Translations under genes and position numbers: made by a program
Assembly: GCA_965655095.1 (NCBI GenBank)
Contig: OZ296650.1
Location: 61,070,001-61,134,000, forward strand
Length of the DNA stretch: 64,000 nt
Origin: Haplodiscus bocki
Taxonomy: Eukaryota
Reading direction: 5' to 3'
The notes under the pieces: model-generated
Database searches by the model: none
What the model saw: the letters and a program-made list of their open reading frames with translations, nothing else
Told to the model about the DNA's origin: nothing
Part shown: positions 1 to 12,400 of the stretch, piece by piece
Numbering within the stretch: the first letter of the stretch is position 1
Layout: each line of letters starts with the position of its first letter

Positions 1-189
1 ATGGTAAACAGGTGGTATGTTTCACGAACAATTTAATCGAAGATGTTCAAAAAAGTGTTAACGTATTCGATGACTCTCCGATGGTGAAAATGTCGGGTAA
101 AAATCTCAAAAATGTAGTACTACCGGCAAACAATATTCAATTAATCGGAAAGGTGACAGTAAGTAGTTTTTCGGGAGACTATATTCAAA

Positions 190-1850
190 ATTTTGTTGAA
201 AACAATCTGTAGCATTTTTTTTCCCTCACTGGTAATTGAACCAGGATCTTTTCGGTTCCAAGGCTCATACGCTACTGCTCAGTTTTTCAGCTCCAATTTG
301 ACGGAGAAGAAAGCGTTATATTTGCTAGACAATTCCTTCCGGGCCCGAGTAAACGCAAGAATCATTAAAAGCAAAATTGCGTTACGTTGAAGAATACGTT
401 GCATCTTTAAAAAGAACAAAAATTTTTCTTCATGATGTGTTTTCAGTCAGATGAAAGAACTGGGGCAAATTAGACTAACGGACTGACAAGGATGCTGAAC
501 AATCTTTTCAGTTCGATTGAATTGGCGACTGCATACTTGCCTACGTGTTCTTTCAAGATATGTGATAGAGAGTAGTAACACCTGGGAATTGTTGGCTCTA
601 CAAAAAGGATAAGGTTGCTTATTTTCAAGTCTCGTTCTAGCGAACTTGACCCATCTGATCAAAGACTGAAAAAAAAGTTATCCAATAGCAACCCATAGAT
701 CTGCAACATCTGTTATTTCAAGCACATATGATTCCATATTGAGCCGGCTTCCGTTCAATCAGTCTCCTCGAGCTACTTGAAAATTCTCTAATTGCCAACC
801 GTCAGCACATTAGTTCAACAGAAACTTCAAGCTTCTCTGTTGTTCAGTGATTGACAGCCTCTACCAAAAAAGACTTCTTGAACGGAACCTGGCCAATACA
901 AGGGTAAACTTCGAGAAAGGCATGAATTGAGAGGGTGACCATGAATTGAGAGGGTGGCCATCGAGAGTGGCCATCAACTCGGCCGCTGTTACGGATGATA
1001 TCAAAAAGACTCACATCAAGACTCTCGTAACAAGAGAGACAAAAACTGAGTTTGGAGAATGGAACACGGTGAACAAAGATACCTTGGAGTCTCTCGAGCA
1101 TAATCTTGGCCAAACACAACAGGCTTTAAATAGCATTTTTTTGGACAAAATGGGCAGTTAGTTTCCCACCAAAGAAAATGCACAACAGTAACCAAGTGCA
1201 TTTTATGTTTTTGAGAAGAAATTTATTGGTGTTATTTGGCATGTTTTTTTCCGTGAATTACAGTCACGATTTCTCAAAAACTTCAAACCAAAACCAAGTT
1301 TTTCAGAAGTTCCCTCAAGATACGAAGGAAGCATGGTACTTTCTGCAAAAAAAACAGAAAGGCTTTCGAAATTATTTTTTGGACAATATCTGATTAATTT
1401 TGGTAAAAACAAATTGATACAATCTCTCCTCCCACTGGTAATTTAACCAGTATTTTTTCGGTCAAAATTCTCACACGCTACTGTTAAGCCTTTCTAGTCC
1501 AATTTGACCGAAACGAACCCGCTATAGTTGCTTAGAGATTTTCCTCGGGGCCCAAAATGTAAAAAACATCGAAGGCAAGAAAGCATTACGTTGAAGAAAA
1601 TGTAGCATGCGTGCAAAGATTAAAAAAGGAACTCATTGTTGCATATTTTTCGGATCATGGAATTGGGACAAAATAGACCATCGGAAGGAAAAGAGTGGCG
1701 GACAATGTTTTCAGTTCATTTGAACAGTCAACTGAATCCTTGATTTAAGGTACTTCCATGATACATGGTGGAGAGTATTGTTGACTCTACAAATTTCACA
1801 ATACCCCTGGTTTCCAGGTCTCATTCCTGTGAAGTGAAGTTGGTTTATTC
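190..1850 (-). repeat. Two diverged copies (~190-660 and ~1395-1850) of a decayed reverse-transcriptase-like segment
   Basis: The copies are directly similar, e.g. CACTGGTAATTGAACCAGG..CGCTACTG..TCCAATTTGAC..GGGCCC..TTACGTTGAAGAA at 226-393 and the same blocks at 1433-1598 (roughly 70% identity by eye). Minus-strand remnants VKLELKN and FLPDIFTIGES resemble RT motifs KLDLKxG and YLDDIxI. The RT call is inference. Confidence 0.45.
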
Positions 1851-4800
1851 ATAGACATTTAATAACGAGAAGTACTCTTTTAGCTTTATGCTCCAATGTT
1901 CAACGGAGTCAGCTTGTTTGCGGACGTAACGTTTCTTGTTATTGAAGACTGAACTCAAATCAAGGTTCGGGGACTCAGCTAACAAACGATACGACCGTTT
2001 TCACCGAGAAACGGTTCAACTTAAAATGTAATCAAATGTAGTTCAAACAGCCTTCGTTGCAGACATTTTGGCAGAAGTATGAGACATTACAACATTTGAT
2101 CAGTGACTTGTTCTGTGTACTGTAAACGTCCAAGCTTTCAAATATGGAGGGTATTGCTTGCAAGAGTTGCCCCCGGCATAGTTTTATGCGGTAGGTGAGT
2201 CAACTGTTCAACTATTTGAGTGTGTCAGAATTGAGAAATTTCGTTGTTTGTTCAGTGCCAATAATATGGATTAGTGTTGGAACAAAAATGCCAGGAAATG
2301 CCGTGGACCATGCTGCTGGGTCCACTTAGGCAGCGATGGAACAACGGTCACTGAGGGGGGGGGGGGGGCTGCACCTGCACCGCACAAAGAAGTGGGCACT
2401 GTAGGTGGAACTCCATGTTGCTGTGTCAGAGATTGTGACTATGACAAAACTATCTCGTACCTTGTGGATGGCAACTGAGGTGGGTCATCGCGTACCGTTA
2501 GAGCTTTTAATGGTTTCTCTTCTGCTTCTGTAACACCACCCAATGGATGATGATCACCATATGACTGTGACCTAATTACGCATTGCTTCAATCTAGTAAC
2601 TTCTTATTGTTGAATATGATGTGCGATATTTGATTTGAAAGATATTGACTATCTTGATACACGTCAGTCAATTGTTCTACTTTGTTCAGTTTCGCTTCGG
2701 ACAAGATCTTCTTTGTCTCTTCACAAAGAACTTCCATTTTCAAATTTTTTTCATCCTCCAGTCTTTTTCGTTCCTTTTCATGCTTCTGTTTAGCAATAGG
2801 TAATTCTCTATCTTTCTGTGTAGCCACTACGTCGGGGTGACGTTTTGCCAGCGAAAAGTCTCCTTCCCCCTCTCTTCCTTTGAATAGGTGTTCTTGGTGC
2901 TTTCTTATTCAGCCAGAAGCCGACTTCCCACCATTTTTTGACGTCTGTTTTTCTGACTTCTTGTTTTTAGGCTGCAGTTTGTCAATGTAGAGTAAAACAT
3001 GACTCAAAAATCGATAGCAACGACTCTCAACGACGGATTCCAATTGACTTTCACTTGTTGCTGGGTTACTTCTTTTGTCAACCAGTGCAAAATTTGATGA
3101 GTTTTTTGTAATGGACTTGGCGAATGTTGCATGACACGTACTGAAAAGCCACACTACGCGGACGCGCATCTCAGATACATTGACAGCGTCTTGGATGCTA
3201 TTTTGCACTTTTTCAATTACGTTTTGAAGTCACCTCGACTCTCGAACGCTTTAGTGACCTTAAGATGCGGAGAATGAGACATTTTTGTTTCCATTTTCAC
3301 TTAATTAGTTAGTAAGATTGGTTGTCCTTGAGACGGGACGTAACAAGTTCGATTGCTATCAGTAACTAAATGTTGCGAGGCGCTTAATTTCAATCAGGAA
3401 CTTAAACCAGGCATTTTTAAAGGAGACAAAGTTTTTGCTATTCGTCGACTGAATGCGTCTATTCGTCGACGGAATTAAATCAAAGAAAGGGCTCAGGGAC
3501 GGAGACTTTTCGTTCAGCAATTTTCTGTGTTAAAGAAAAGTTTTCTGCAGCTTTCATAGCGCCCGTTAGAATTCACTCAGGTCGATTCTTTGGTAAGTAT
3601 TGCGTTGAAGTCGTTGTGTTGATGGACAATTGATGGGTGTTTCAATTTCTGATTTGACGCCCTGGCTCTAGAGTACAACGTTCTCTTGCTGCAACAAATC
3701 AAGTTCTTGTTTGTGTAAGGAAATTATTTATTTCATAACCTAAAGCGTCAACATTTTGCAGCTCTAAAGTATCAGAAATGTGTGAAGTCGATCGGCTTGG
3801 AAGTACACCAGAGCGAAGAATCCGTCGTTACAGATGTGCCGCCCTTCAAGTAGTTCAATAAATCTAGGGAGACGAATACCGTTGCTTACAAGCGCAGAAA
3901 TCAAGTTATTCAAAACATCAAGTTAAGTAACCGGCCCTGTTTTTCTCTCAACTCTTCTGGAAGAAAGTGTCGAGCTATTTTTTGCTAGTTGTCGCGTTTA
4001 ATTTCAATTTGAGGTCCAATAAAGTGAAGATGTAACTGCTTGTTCGTTTTTTTTACTTTCCAGACTTAGCGTTTCAAGGGCGTGAGGAAATCTACTTCCA
4101 AGGATGTTTAACACCATTTAACTTTCTTCAGACAACTGGTTCGTCTTAGCAATGTTTTTACAAGGAAGGGCATGCTATCAAAGTAACTCAGTCAAGTAAA
4201 GTAATTGGAATACTGTTTTGGAGATTTTCATTGTCTATTTTTCGTGAAGTGACCAAGTGTGGACAGTAGTTTGCGGTTCTTGCAATTTCGAATCAAGCAC
4301 TGAAGGAGCGCCGATTTATGGCATCTTTGTGACGAGGTCCCCCTTGAGACATTCACCTGACCGATTCCAGAACAGGTTTTTTTGAGAAGGTGCAGTTCAA
4401 TATCGAAGTATGCAGCCATTGTCCTGGCGGTCATTGTTCGTCGATTGTTATATTTAATGTTATTGTCAAGATAAACTCTCAGTATTAGTTTTGCAACATT
4501 GGATAAGTCCGAAAACTTCAGGCAGTCTCCCAAACATTTAAATATGACGAGAGTGGCATCTTTGATTTGAGATGTTTGAGATATTCTGTTCAATTTTCTT
4601 CCGTCATTGTAGCCACTAGTATCCACGCATCTTTGAGTTTTGTGTCAGAAAGACTACGTGACTTGAGTACTGAAATCAATTAAAGTAAAAATGGTTAATT
4701 ATAATATATAATTACAAACTCTATGATCACCAAGCTTTCGATGACAATCCAATGTTGCGAATATGATTAAAAGTTTCAACAAAGGTATGGTACTCACTAA

Positions 4801-5269
4801 CAAACAGCGACTGCAGTAGGCGTACTAAAACCATCTGATAAAATCTTGCATTGGCTTGAGAAGAATTTTATTAATTATCAAATTAATATTGTTTGGAGAA
4901 ATTGACAAGCAACAACTTGAAGAGTGCTTGCAAATCATGTGAAAGGACATTATAAGAGTAAATTTAGTGAAATTGGAAAAAAGGGTTTTCTCTGACTGGC
5001 AAGTAAATCAATACCCTAATAGTTTTCAAGCGGTCATACTACCTCTCAGACATTCCGGTACGATTAGACAAGAACAGAAGCGTCTTTTGCTAGCGCAACA
5101 CTTAGAATTCCACAAAATGACGACATTTTTTGTTACATATGCAACTTTTGCCTATTTGCCCACTAATTAGCAAGAACTAAGCTTTTGTGGGAAAGTCGAA
5201 AAAGAGTTTCTTTTTCAGTGTTGAAAATCCCACTTCTTGGGAACTTTGACAGGCAGTACCAAATACTCC

Positions 5270-6979
5270 TGTCGCAGCACACCTGCGAGGCATGCGACCA
5301 GCCTCTACCAGCCAAAAAGACACCCTAATGCTCAGGGAGGAACTCAAACTTTAATACTACTAATCAGACTCTTAACCAATTACTCCTAAACTATTTTTAA
5401 TCAATGTGCATATATACGGACACGTATGTAATACGTACCCATAACAAATGCACGGAAATTCAGTGGTACGTATTTTATACGGAACACTTTACTAAACTGA
5501 TCCAGACTAGGACGGAACCGTTACAGAACAAACAAAAATACATAGAGCATTTTAACCTTAAAGGTGCTATTTTTATATTAATCCATTTATTCAGTTATAA
5601 AATATAAATCCACCTTTTCGGTACAAACACGTTGATTGATTGCAATAAGTGTAGTTTACAGCGGTGCTTTAATTTAAATTAGTGCTAGAAGTAGCCTGAC
5701 TTGCCTGGAATAAAATTGACTCTCGGAGTGAATCTTTGTTCCGTACGAGTTCCGTCGTCACTAGTCTGGTGACGTCACAAAAACCATTCCAACTATGTTG
5801 TGCTGCAGTGCTATGGTGAATACGGAGTGACTCCGTATTCACACCTCGTTTGAGCACGGCTTACTTAAATTAAACTAATACTACTAGTGGCTACGGAGAT
5901 GTTCCGGATACCACTAGTAGCTACTCATCGGAACGTGGAGTAAACTAGTAGTGCTACTAATTTCTCCTCATTTCTAAAAGAATAGAAGTCAAAACGGTCA
6001 ACTGATGATGAAATGAGCATGAAGATGATGATTAAATATATTTTTTTACTAAGGTCATGTATTTTGTAATTTATTTTATTTCTTAATTTTTTCAATTTAG
6101 TCAATTCATTTTCCTTTCCTAATTAAGGACATTCGTAATATCAAGACTGTAAACAATATGTCGGCGCGGGAATAAACACTTTGATGTCCATCTCCGACGG
6201 ATTAGGTCCGTCCATTTTCTGTCGAAAGGTGGAAAAGGCGCGTCCTATGAGGGAAGAGATGGATGGAGAAGTTCTTTATCTCCCGCCTGATTCGGCATTT
6301 TTGACTTTGATGTAATAACGTATAAAGTACTTTTCCCTATTTGCATTTTGACTTGGCGTGTAAACATTTATGTATCCCGCCAGGAAAAGGTATAAATAGG
6401 AGAAATGAAAGTACAAAAGAGGACAAGTTTTTTTATTTTTTTTGTAGTACTGATGATAATACCCTGTATTGTTAATTCCCTTCGTTAAATTATTGGAAAC
6501 TGATAAAAACTCAAATTGATTTTCCTTCAACAAAAAGATAATTAAATACTAACAGCTGATCATTACTATTCCCGAGAAAGTGGCAACTCGAAACAAGAGG
6601 AAATTGGCAGCATTAAATAAGGAAAACTGTGAGGAACATCCCAGGAGCAATTTGGCATAAAACTCGAATGTTCCCAGATCACAGGAAGACTAAATAACTC
6701 AAGTTTCTGAAGAAATTGAGGGAACAGTCACTAAAAGGTTGTCAAAAGAGTTCAGTAGAACAGAAAACCGAATACTAGACGCATTAGCACGTCTTCCCGA
6801 CTCTCTCATGAACCCGCTACTACAGGGCCACTCCGGAACCGCTCCGGAGGCGTCCCGGAACGCATTGAGTACAAGCCTGGGAACGAATGAGGACGACTCC
6901 CAGAATGATCCTCATCCTGAAGCGGGCTTCTTCCACAGCCAGATGATGCAAAACTCTGGCCCAGAAGATGGCCACGACA
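5270..6979 (+). mobile_element. Solo LTR (1710 bp) of a Ty3/gypsy family related to the element at 37725-53136
   Basis: Termini TGTCG...CGACA are inverted. A perfect 5-bp TSD ACTCC lies at 5265-5269 and 6980-6984. It shares the TGTCGCAGCAC start, the GTGACGTCAC block, the hairpin blocks and the gag N-terminus with the LTRs at 37725 and 51401. Confidence 0.93.
6580..6979 (+). pseudogene. Gag N-terminal fragment encoded inside the solo LTR
   Basis: Translates as (V)ATRNKRKLAALNKE...ITQVSEEIEGTVTKRLSKEFSRTENRILDALARL with two in-frame stops. It matches MATLRNKRKLAALSRE...ISQVSEEIEGRVTKKLSKEFNKTESRILGALSKL of ORF 39082. Confidence 0.88.
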
Positions 6980-9849
6980 ACTCCTTCGGATACTAAACTC
7001 ACAACGTTTATATCACGTCTTCTTATTTTCAAAATTTTAATAACCTGTTGGATTGATCGAAAATGGTCATGATACAATTTGATCCAGATGGATTTCTGTG
7101 GTTTTTGGAAGCTACATTACCTAAAATCTAAAGTCATGATTTTGGTTATTTGTAATTTAGCATCTTCTGTATGTAGAGAACCTTTCTCAGCAGTTATTTA
7201 AGATGGCTCGTGGTTAAAACCTATTTGAAATCACCGTCGAACTAATTGAAAAGACAGACGTCTATCGTAATTTTTCCTTTTTCCGTGGTCTCTCTTTTGT
7301 TTTGCTTCCGTTCTTGAGATTCTGATGAAAATTTAAAGTACTAGGGCACTGCCATTACTGTGCTGCTCCAAAAAATTCTGGCCAACTCAGTGTCACCAGA
7401 TTGGTCAGAAATATTGTTTCGTGGTGATTGTCATTTTGAAGCGGCAAATTTGCGGCAAGATTGTTTTTTGGCAGTGTATTATGTTCACTCTTGTCTCTGC
7501 ACTAATTCTTCGTTTTCCAGAAAGAAAAAATTGCCGAGCCCTTGACTACTTTGCTTTTCGATCTCGAAGCAGTTTGCGCACGTGTTTTTTGACTCTTAAT
7601 TCTTGTTAGAACCACTTACACCTCTTCCTAAAACCTAGTCGTGACTTGAATTTGCTTTAATATCGACGTTAAGGCTTCTTTGTTGGGACAGTTGATTTGG
7701 GTAGATACTGTGTCACGGATTTTTCAACGGTAAACTGTTTAGCCATTTGGTTTTTTAATGCTCACAATGGTTAACTTTTGTGAATGCTGTGTGATCAAAC
7801 TTTGCAATATTGCTTTTTTGGTTTTGTTTCATGGTTTTGGCGAAATAACCTTCCGTAACTATTTCTCTGCGGAGTAGCACGAGAAGTTTTTCGGACTTTT
7901 TCGTTGATTTTGTTTAGATGTTCTTCCTGATGGGTTCATATACTGACTAGTTTTTTTTTGGATACCACAATGTGGTCCTTCAAAGTTTATCTGCTGTTGC
8001 GCATCATAAAGTCCAAAACAATTGACGGACTCTGTGAAACACAAATGTTTCTCTAATTTGACAACATATTCGGTTTCATGTTCAGCATATTCATAATCAT
8101 GCTATGCGGTTTTCTCTGTAGTGCAATGCTTAAGGTTTTGTTTCTCTAGGTGTGAATAAAAAATCTGAAGACCCAAATTGCACGACTCCTTCTTTCTCCC
8201 GAATATGATCCGTTTTCTGAACTGGCCAAAAAAGTAACCTTTCAAATGTCTGGGTTGACTTCTCAGCCAAATCGGTTGAAATGTTCAAATACGGCAGTCC
8301 CAGAAAATTGTTCATGAAATTCAGATTTCGTACAAAAATTATTTCCTTGCTTTTAAATGCGGGATCAAAACAAGGTCCGGTTGCTTTCAGTACATCCTAT
8401 CAACTGAAAAGTTCTTCCGAACGTGTTTTACCACTTTTGTTTTGCAGACGGTCCTTTACTGTTATGGTAAACAGCTAACAAAATTTGCGATGTATCCCCA
8501 CTATTTTCACTATTTCGTTTAATACTGACTCGGTGTTTTGTGATTGTTATGCTTCGTTTGGTTTATTGCACTTATCTACTTTACTTTTTACTGTTTTTGT
8601 TGGTTTTGTTTTATTCATCTTGACGAATATTATGCGAGAGGGAAGTTTTTCCTTTTTTCATTGACTTCAAGCGGGATTTCTTCTGCCCAAAAGAAATGAG
8701 TTCGCTCACATTACTGTGTGTCCTGTGTGATCAAAATGGAGAGACTTCAAAGCCCACTCTTCAAAACTTTGTGTCACCATTACCTTGACATCCTAAAAAT
8801 ATTCCCGAACTTTGTTGCTTTTTTGTTGTGGAACCGTTAAAAATCTAAAGGAAAAAGACCGATCACTGCCGGTTCCGAGGCTAAGGAAAGTTACAATTAA
8901 CTGTTTATCTCCATGCTTCTTACAATCTTTTCTCCGGCAGTTTTGCAATACAATTTTTTTGCATTTTTTTTGCCCTGTGTGTATCGTTTCTAACCTGTAG
9001 TCTCCAGGCGTGACTAATAGTGAAGTTTGCTTAGAAGTATAATCAAAACATCACTTTTAGGTTCACAGGGAGGAACTTCTTCACATATAGGCTTACTTTT
9101 TTCTGATTGTAAATTTGGCGCGGGTCATATTATTTGGCTCGTCCAAGTCGAATTCTGGCCCGTAATTGCAATTTAATTTCTTCTACGTTTCTGTTGCCAT
9201 CTGCGTCCGATGTACGGTCTCTCCGGGAAAAATTTTCTCACATGTTTTTTCCGGACTGTACTGTGTTCAACTAAGGGCTTTGAGTAGAAAAGACGTACTT
9301 TTTGGCAATTTTCGAAATAGTTTGGACTGGTGAAACCAAGACATAATCTTTTGAATTTCCATTTTAGTTTTTGAAATTGATTTTGTTACTGCCTCTCCGT
9401 TTTTTTCTGCAAGCCACGCTTCGTTTTGATCGTTCATTTGATTTCTCTTGCTGTTTACGCGTGCCGGCCGTCGTTAGGTGGGTATCGTTCATGCATTCGT
9501 TTTCCTCATTTTTACTCTTGAAAAAATTCTGCAGCGCTATTTTTTTCATTCTTGCGATCCATTCACTAATTGTTAACCGCAATTCAGTTGTACAGTCTGC
9601 GTGAAAAAACGCATTTTCACCAGTTTCAAATGCGTGTGCCTTTCCAAGTACTTTTGCAACTAATTTTGTTTCCAGTTGTTGTATATTTTACTGGAACATC
9701 AAAGTGTGATATGGCGTCCAGCCACTGGTTTTACCACTCGCTCTGTTCCCTGTTTTTCCAATTTTTCAGTACTAGTAGTTGTTTTATTTGATGGTGGGTT
9801 TTAAATTTAAGGTTGTTCAAATAATATGAATTTTGGGAACATTTTTTGT

Positions 9850-12400
9850 CCCCCATACTTTCAGTAAATGTAACTCATCAATTGTGCACTGTTCTTCGGT
9901 ATCACTTAAGAGTCTCCTAGCAAATGCAATCAATTTCAGTTCACCGTATGGTTATTTGTGTTATATAGTAGTACCAAAAAAGTAATACGCGGATCAGCTG
10001 TAACTATACCTCCCTGCTGTCTGAAGACTGCGCTAGACAAGCAAAAGTGTTGTTTTCTGTACCTGCAGTTTCAATTTCTTCGGCTTTGTTCGCTCCACAT
10101 CAGCACCAGAGAGGTGATCAGATCAAGTAGGGTAAGTGGTTGAAAACCTTAAACGATGAGACAACTATAGCGGGCTGCCTCCAACTGAGTGCTGGGAAAT
10201 GCTTACAAGTTTTTCCCATAGGTTTCAGGAGTTCCGGGTGACGCTCTAATTGATTCTGATTGACTGACGAAATTTGACGAGTGTTTGTGCTCCATTCCTT
10301 TTCTCTTCAGAAAAACTTATGGTCATGGGCGAAATCTGCGTGTATGCGTCAAGGATTTGACAAAGTAAATTTTTTTCAGCGACCTATTATCTTAGGCACT
10401 GGTATTTTCAAGTTATAATGATAGAGAGTGGGGTTTAGTGATCCATTCACGGCAAAGCGAGACTTTCTTTCAAAAGTCAAATTGAAGGGAAGAGTATCAA
10501 ATTCTTTTAGCGCCAACGGTGCGGATAAAAATTGTGCTTGATGGGAATCTAAAAGCCGACGGAGAGCCTAATCCGCCTATGGTTTTTTTATACCGCATGC
10601 GGTAACTTAATGCTATGTATAAGTTGTTCGGGCAGTATGGAAACAAACATACACAAGACACTGGAAACATGAACAGTTGATGACTTCCCAACTTGAGACG
10701 TTGAGTGTGGATTCCATCATTTTCTGCTTCTTTTGGGATCAAAATGATCGTTTTCTCTTTACTTGTTCTTATATGGCAAAACCGTCATTGTTCGTGCGGA
10801 AAGCTTTTTGTTGACGTAAAGTAAACCGTTTTTGCCGGTAGAAAGCACTTTTTTTCAGTGGTTTGTCAACAATATATTCTAGTACGCGTTTACTTGAACT
10901 TCTCTTGCTGAAAATGATTTTGCCTAGGCTGACATCTTAGCGCAAGAACGTCCTATTGAGTAAACATAAAAGCTCTGCGCATCCTAACACTTTCTGTAAA
11001 GGCCAGGTTCTCACTAATTTTTATTCATAAAAAGTGCACAGAAGAGAAAATTCCAGTCACGTCAGCAGTGAAGGTATCAATACAAGACTTGGACGCAACT
11101 GATTAGAATTTTTTTCCTTTGAAGTTTCGTACACTCTTCCACTTAGTCCTTGGAAAGGGCAAGATACGGAGAGTCTGTGTCAATATACTTTCCCTCCAAC
11201 TTTTTCAAGACACGAAATTTGATGAAAAAGCTGTATTAAAATCCCATTTCAGAGTTTTGCGTAATAAAAGTAGGAAAACCGGATTAACGCTGTTTCTTCG
11301 CGTTCTTATTCTGCTTTGACTAGTTCAAATATGAATAGGGCATTGTTCACGTGATCTGGTTTTTTGAACAAATTTCCTTCAAGAGCAGCATTAATCTGTT
11401 TTTCGTTTAGCTACCTCGTCACAACTTGTCGGCCGCGGTGAAATTCTGCTGTCCATAGGTGCTTTCGGCTAGCACCTTCATAGTCTCTGCGACGAAAAAT
11501 TAGTTACATTGGTCCTCAAAATGTCTCCTTGCGTCCACCGCTGACTGTACAAGACCGCTGAAAAACTCCCTATGAATGCACTAACTAAACATTGTTTTTT
11601 TTTATTTGAACAGGATGCAATTTGCGATAAAACAAGAAAAGAGAAGTAATCAGTGTACTTTTCTGTAACGTGATGCTCGAAATCAACATTCCGAAGTTCA
11701 GACGAATTTCCAACCTCTTCGGCGTACCTTTTCAAAAAGTCACCTATAAAATTCTGGCAAACTAAGATGTTGTTGAGGGTTAGAGGGATTTTGCAAAAAT
11801 GGCTTTAGTCTTTTCAGGTACTTAAAAGTCACATCGAACACAACCAAATATGTTGCCATTTTTTTCCTTCCATGAAATAGTTTTCAGTGAGTGCACGTTT
11901 GTAGGGGACGTTTTCTCTGAAAAAAGTCTTAAGGTTATTGGTTGTCTTCTACAGTCTCGAGAAGTCAAACTCTGACATTTTTTTGACAGTGAAACCTTTT
12001 CTCCCGTTCACTGTTCGGTCTCTATTAACCCAGGCCTCTATTCCTCTTCCACCTCAAATGACCTCTACGGTGCGAATTGGGCAAAAAATTTGATAGCCAC
12101 AAAAACTGATGGAGCAATCCATGGCAACAAACACGCCGTTTCAGTTCAAAAACGCCATCAATACTGAATTGATCATGTTTCTTCAGTCTGCTTTTTGTAC
12201 AAAAGACTTCACTTTTACATTTTGGCCAATTTCGATGAAAATAGGTTTTTACAAAACCTTCAAATTTATAGGTATTGTTCTGTTGATTTGTGAACTTATT
12301 AGTCTCTGATTTGAGTTCCCAAAGCCTATGCAGATCAGTCGACACGGTTTCAAGTATCCAGAAGGTAAACTGTTGGCCAGGATCATTCTCAACAATAGAT
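9850..12400 (-). mobile_element. Possible highly decayed DIRS/Ngaro-type (tyrosine recombinase) retrotransposon relic
   Basis: Minus-strand remnants occur in DIRS-like order. An RT-like stretch ELKSETNK...YKFEG lies at ~12250-12320. Tyrosine-recombinase C-terminal-like stretches follow: (R)SL...GG..TA at ~9995-10035 and YGELKLIAFARRLLSDTEEQ at ~9890-9950 (cf. HGxWKSxxxxRY). The motifs are degenerate and frameshifted. Confidence 0.3.

Noticed and set aside
2355-2368. G14 homopolymer; also short duplications at ~922-960 and ~3439-3475
   Set aside because: Simple slippage-type repeats with no supporting context.
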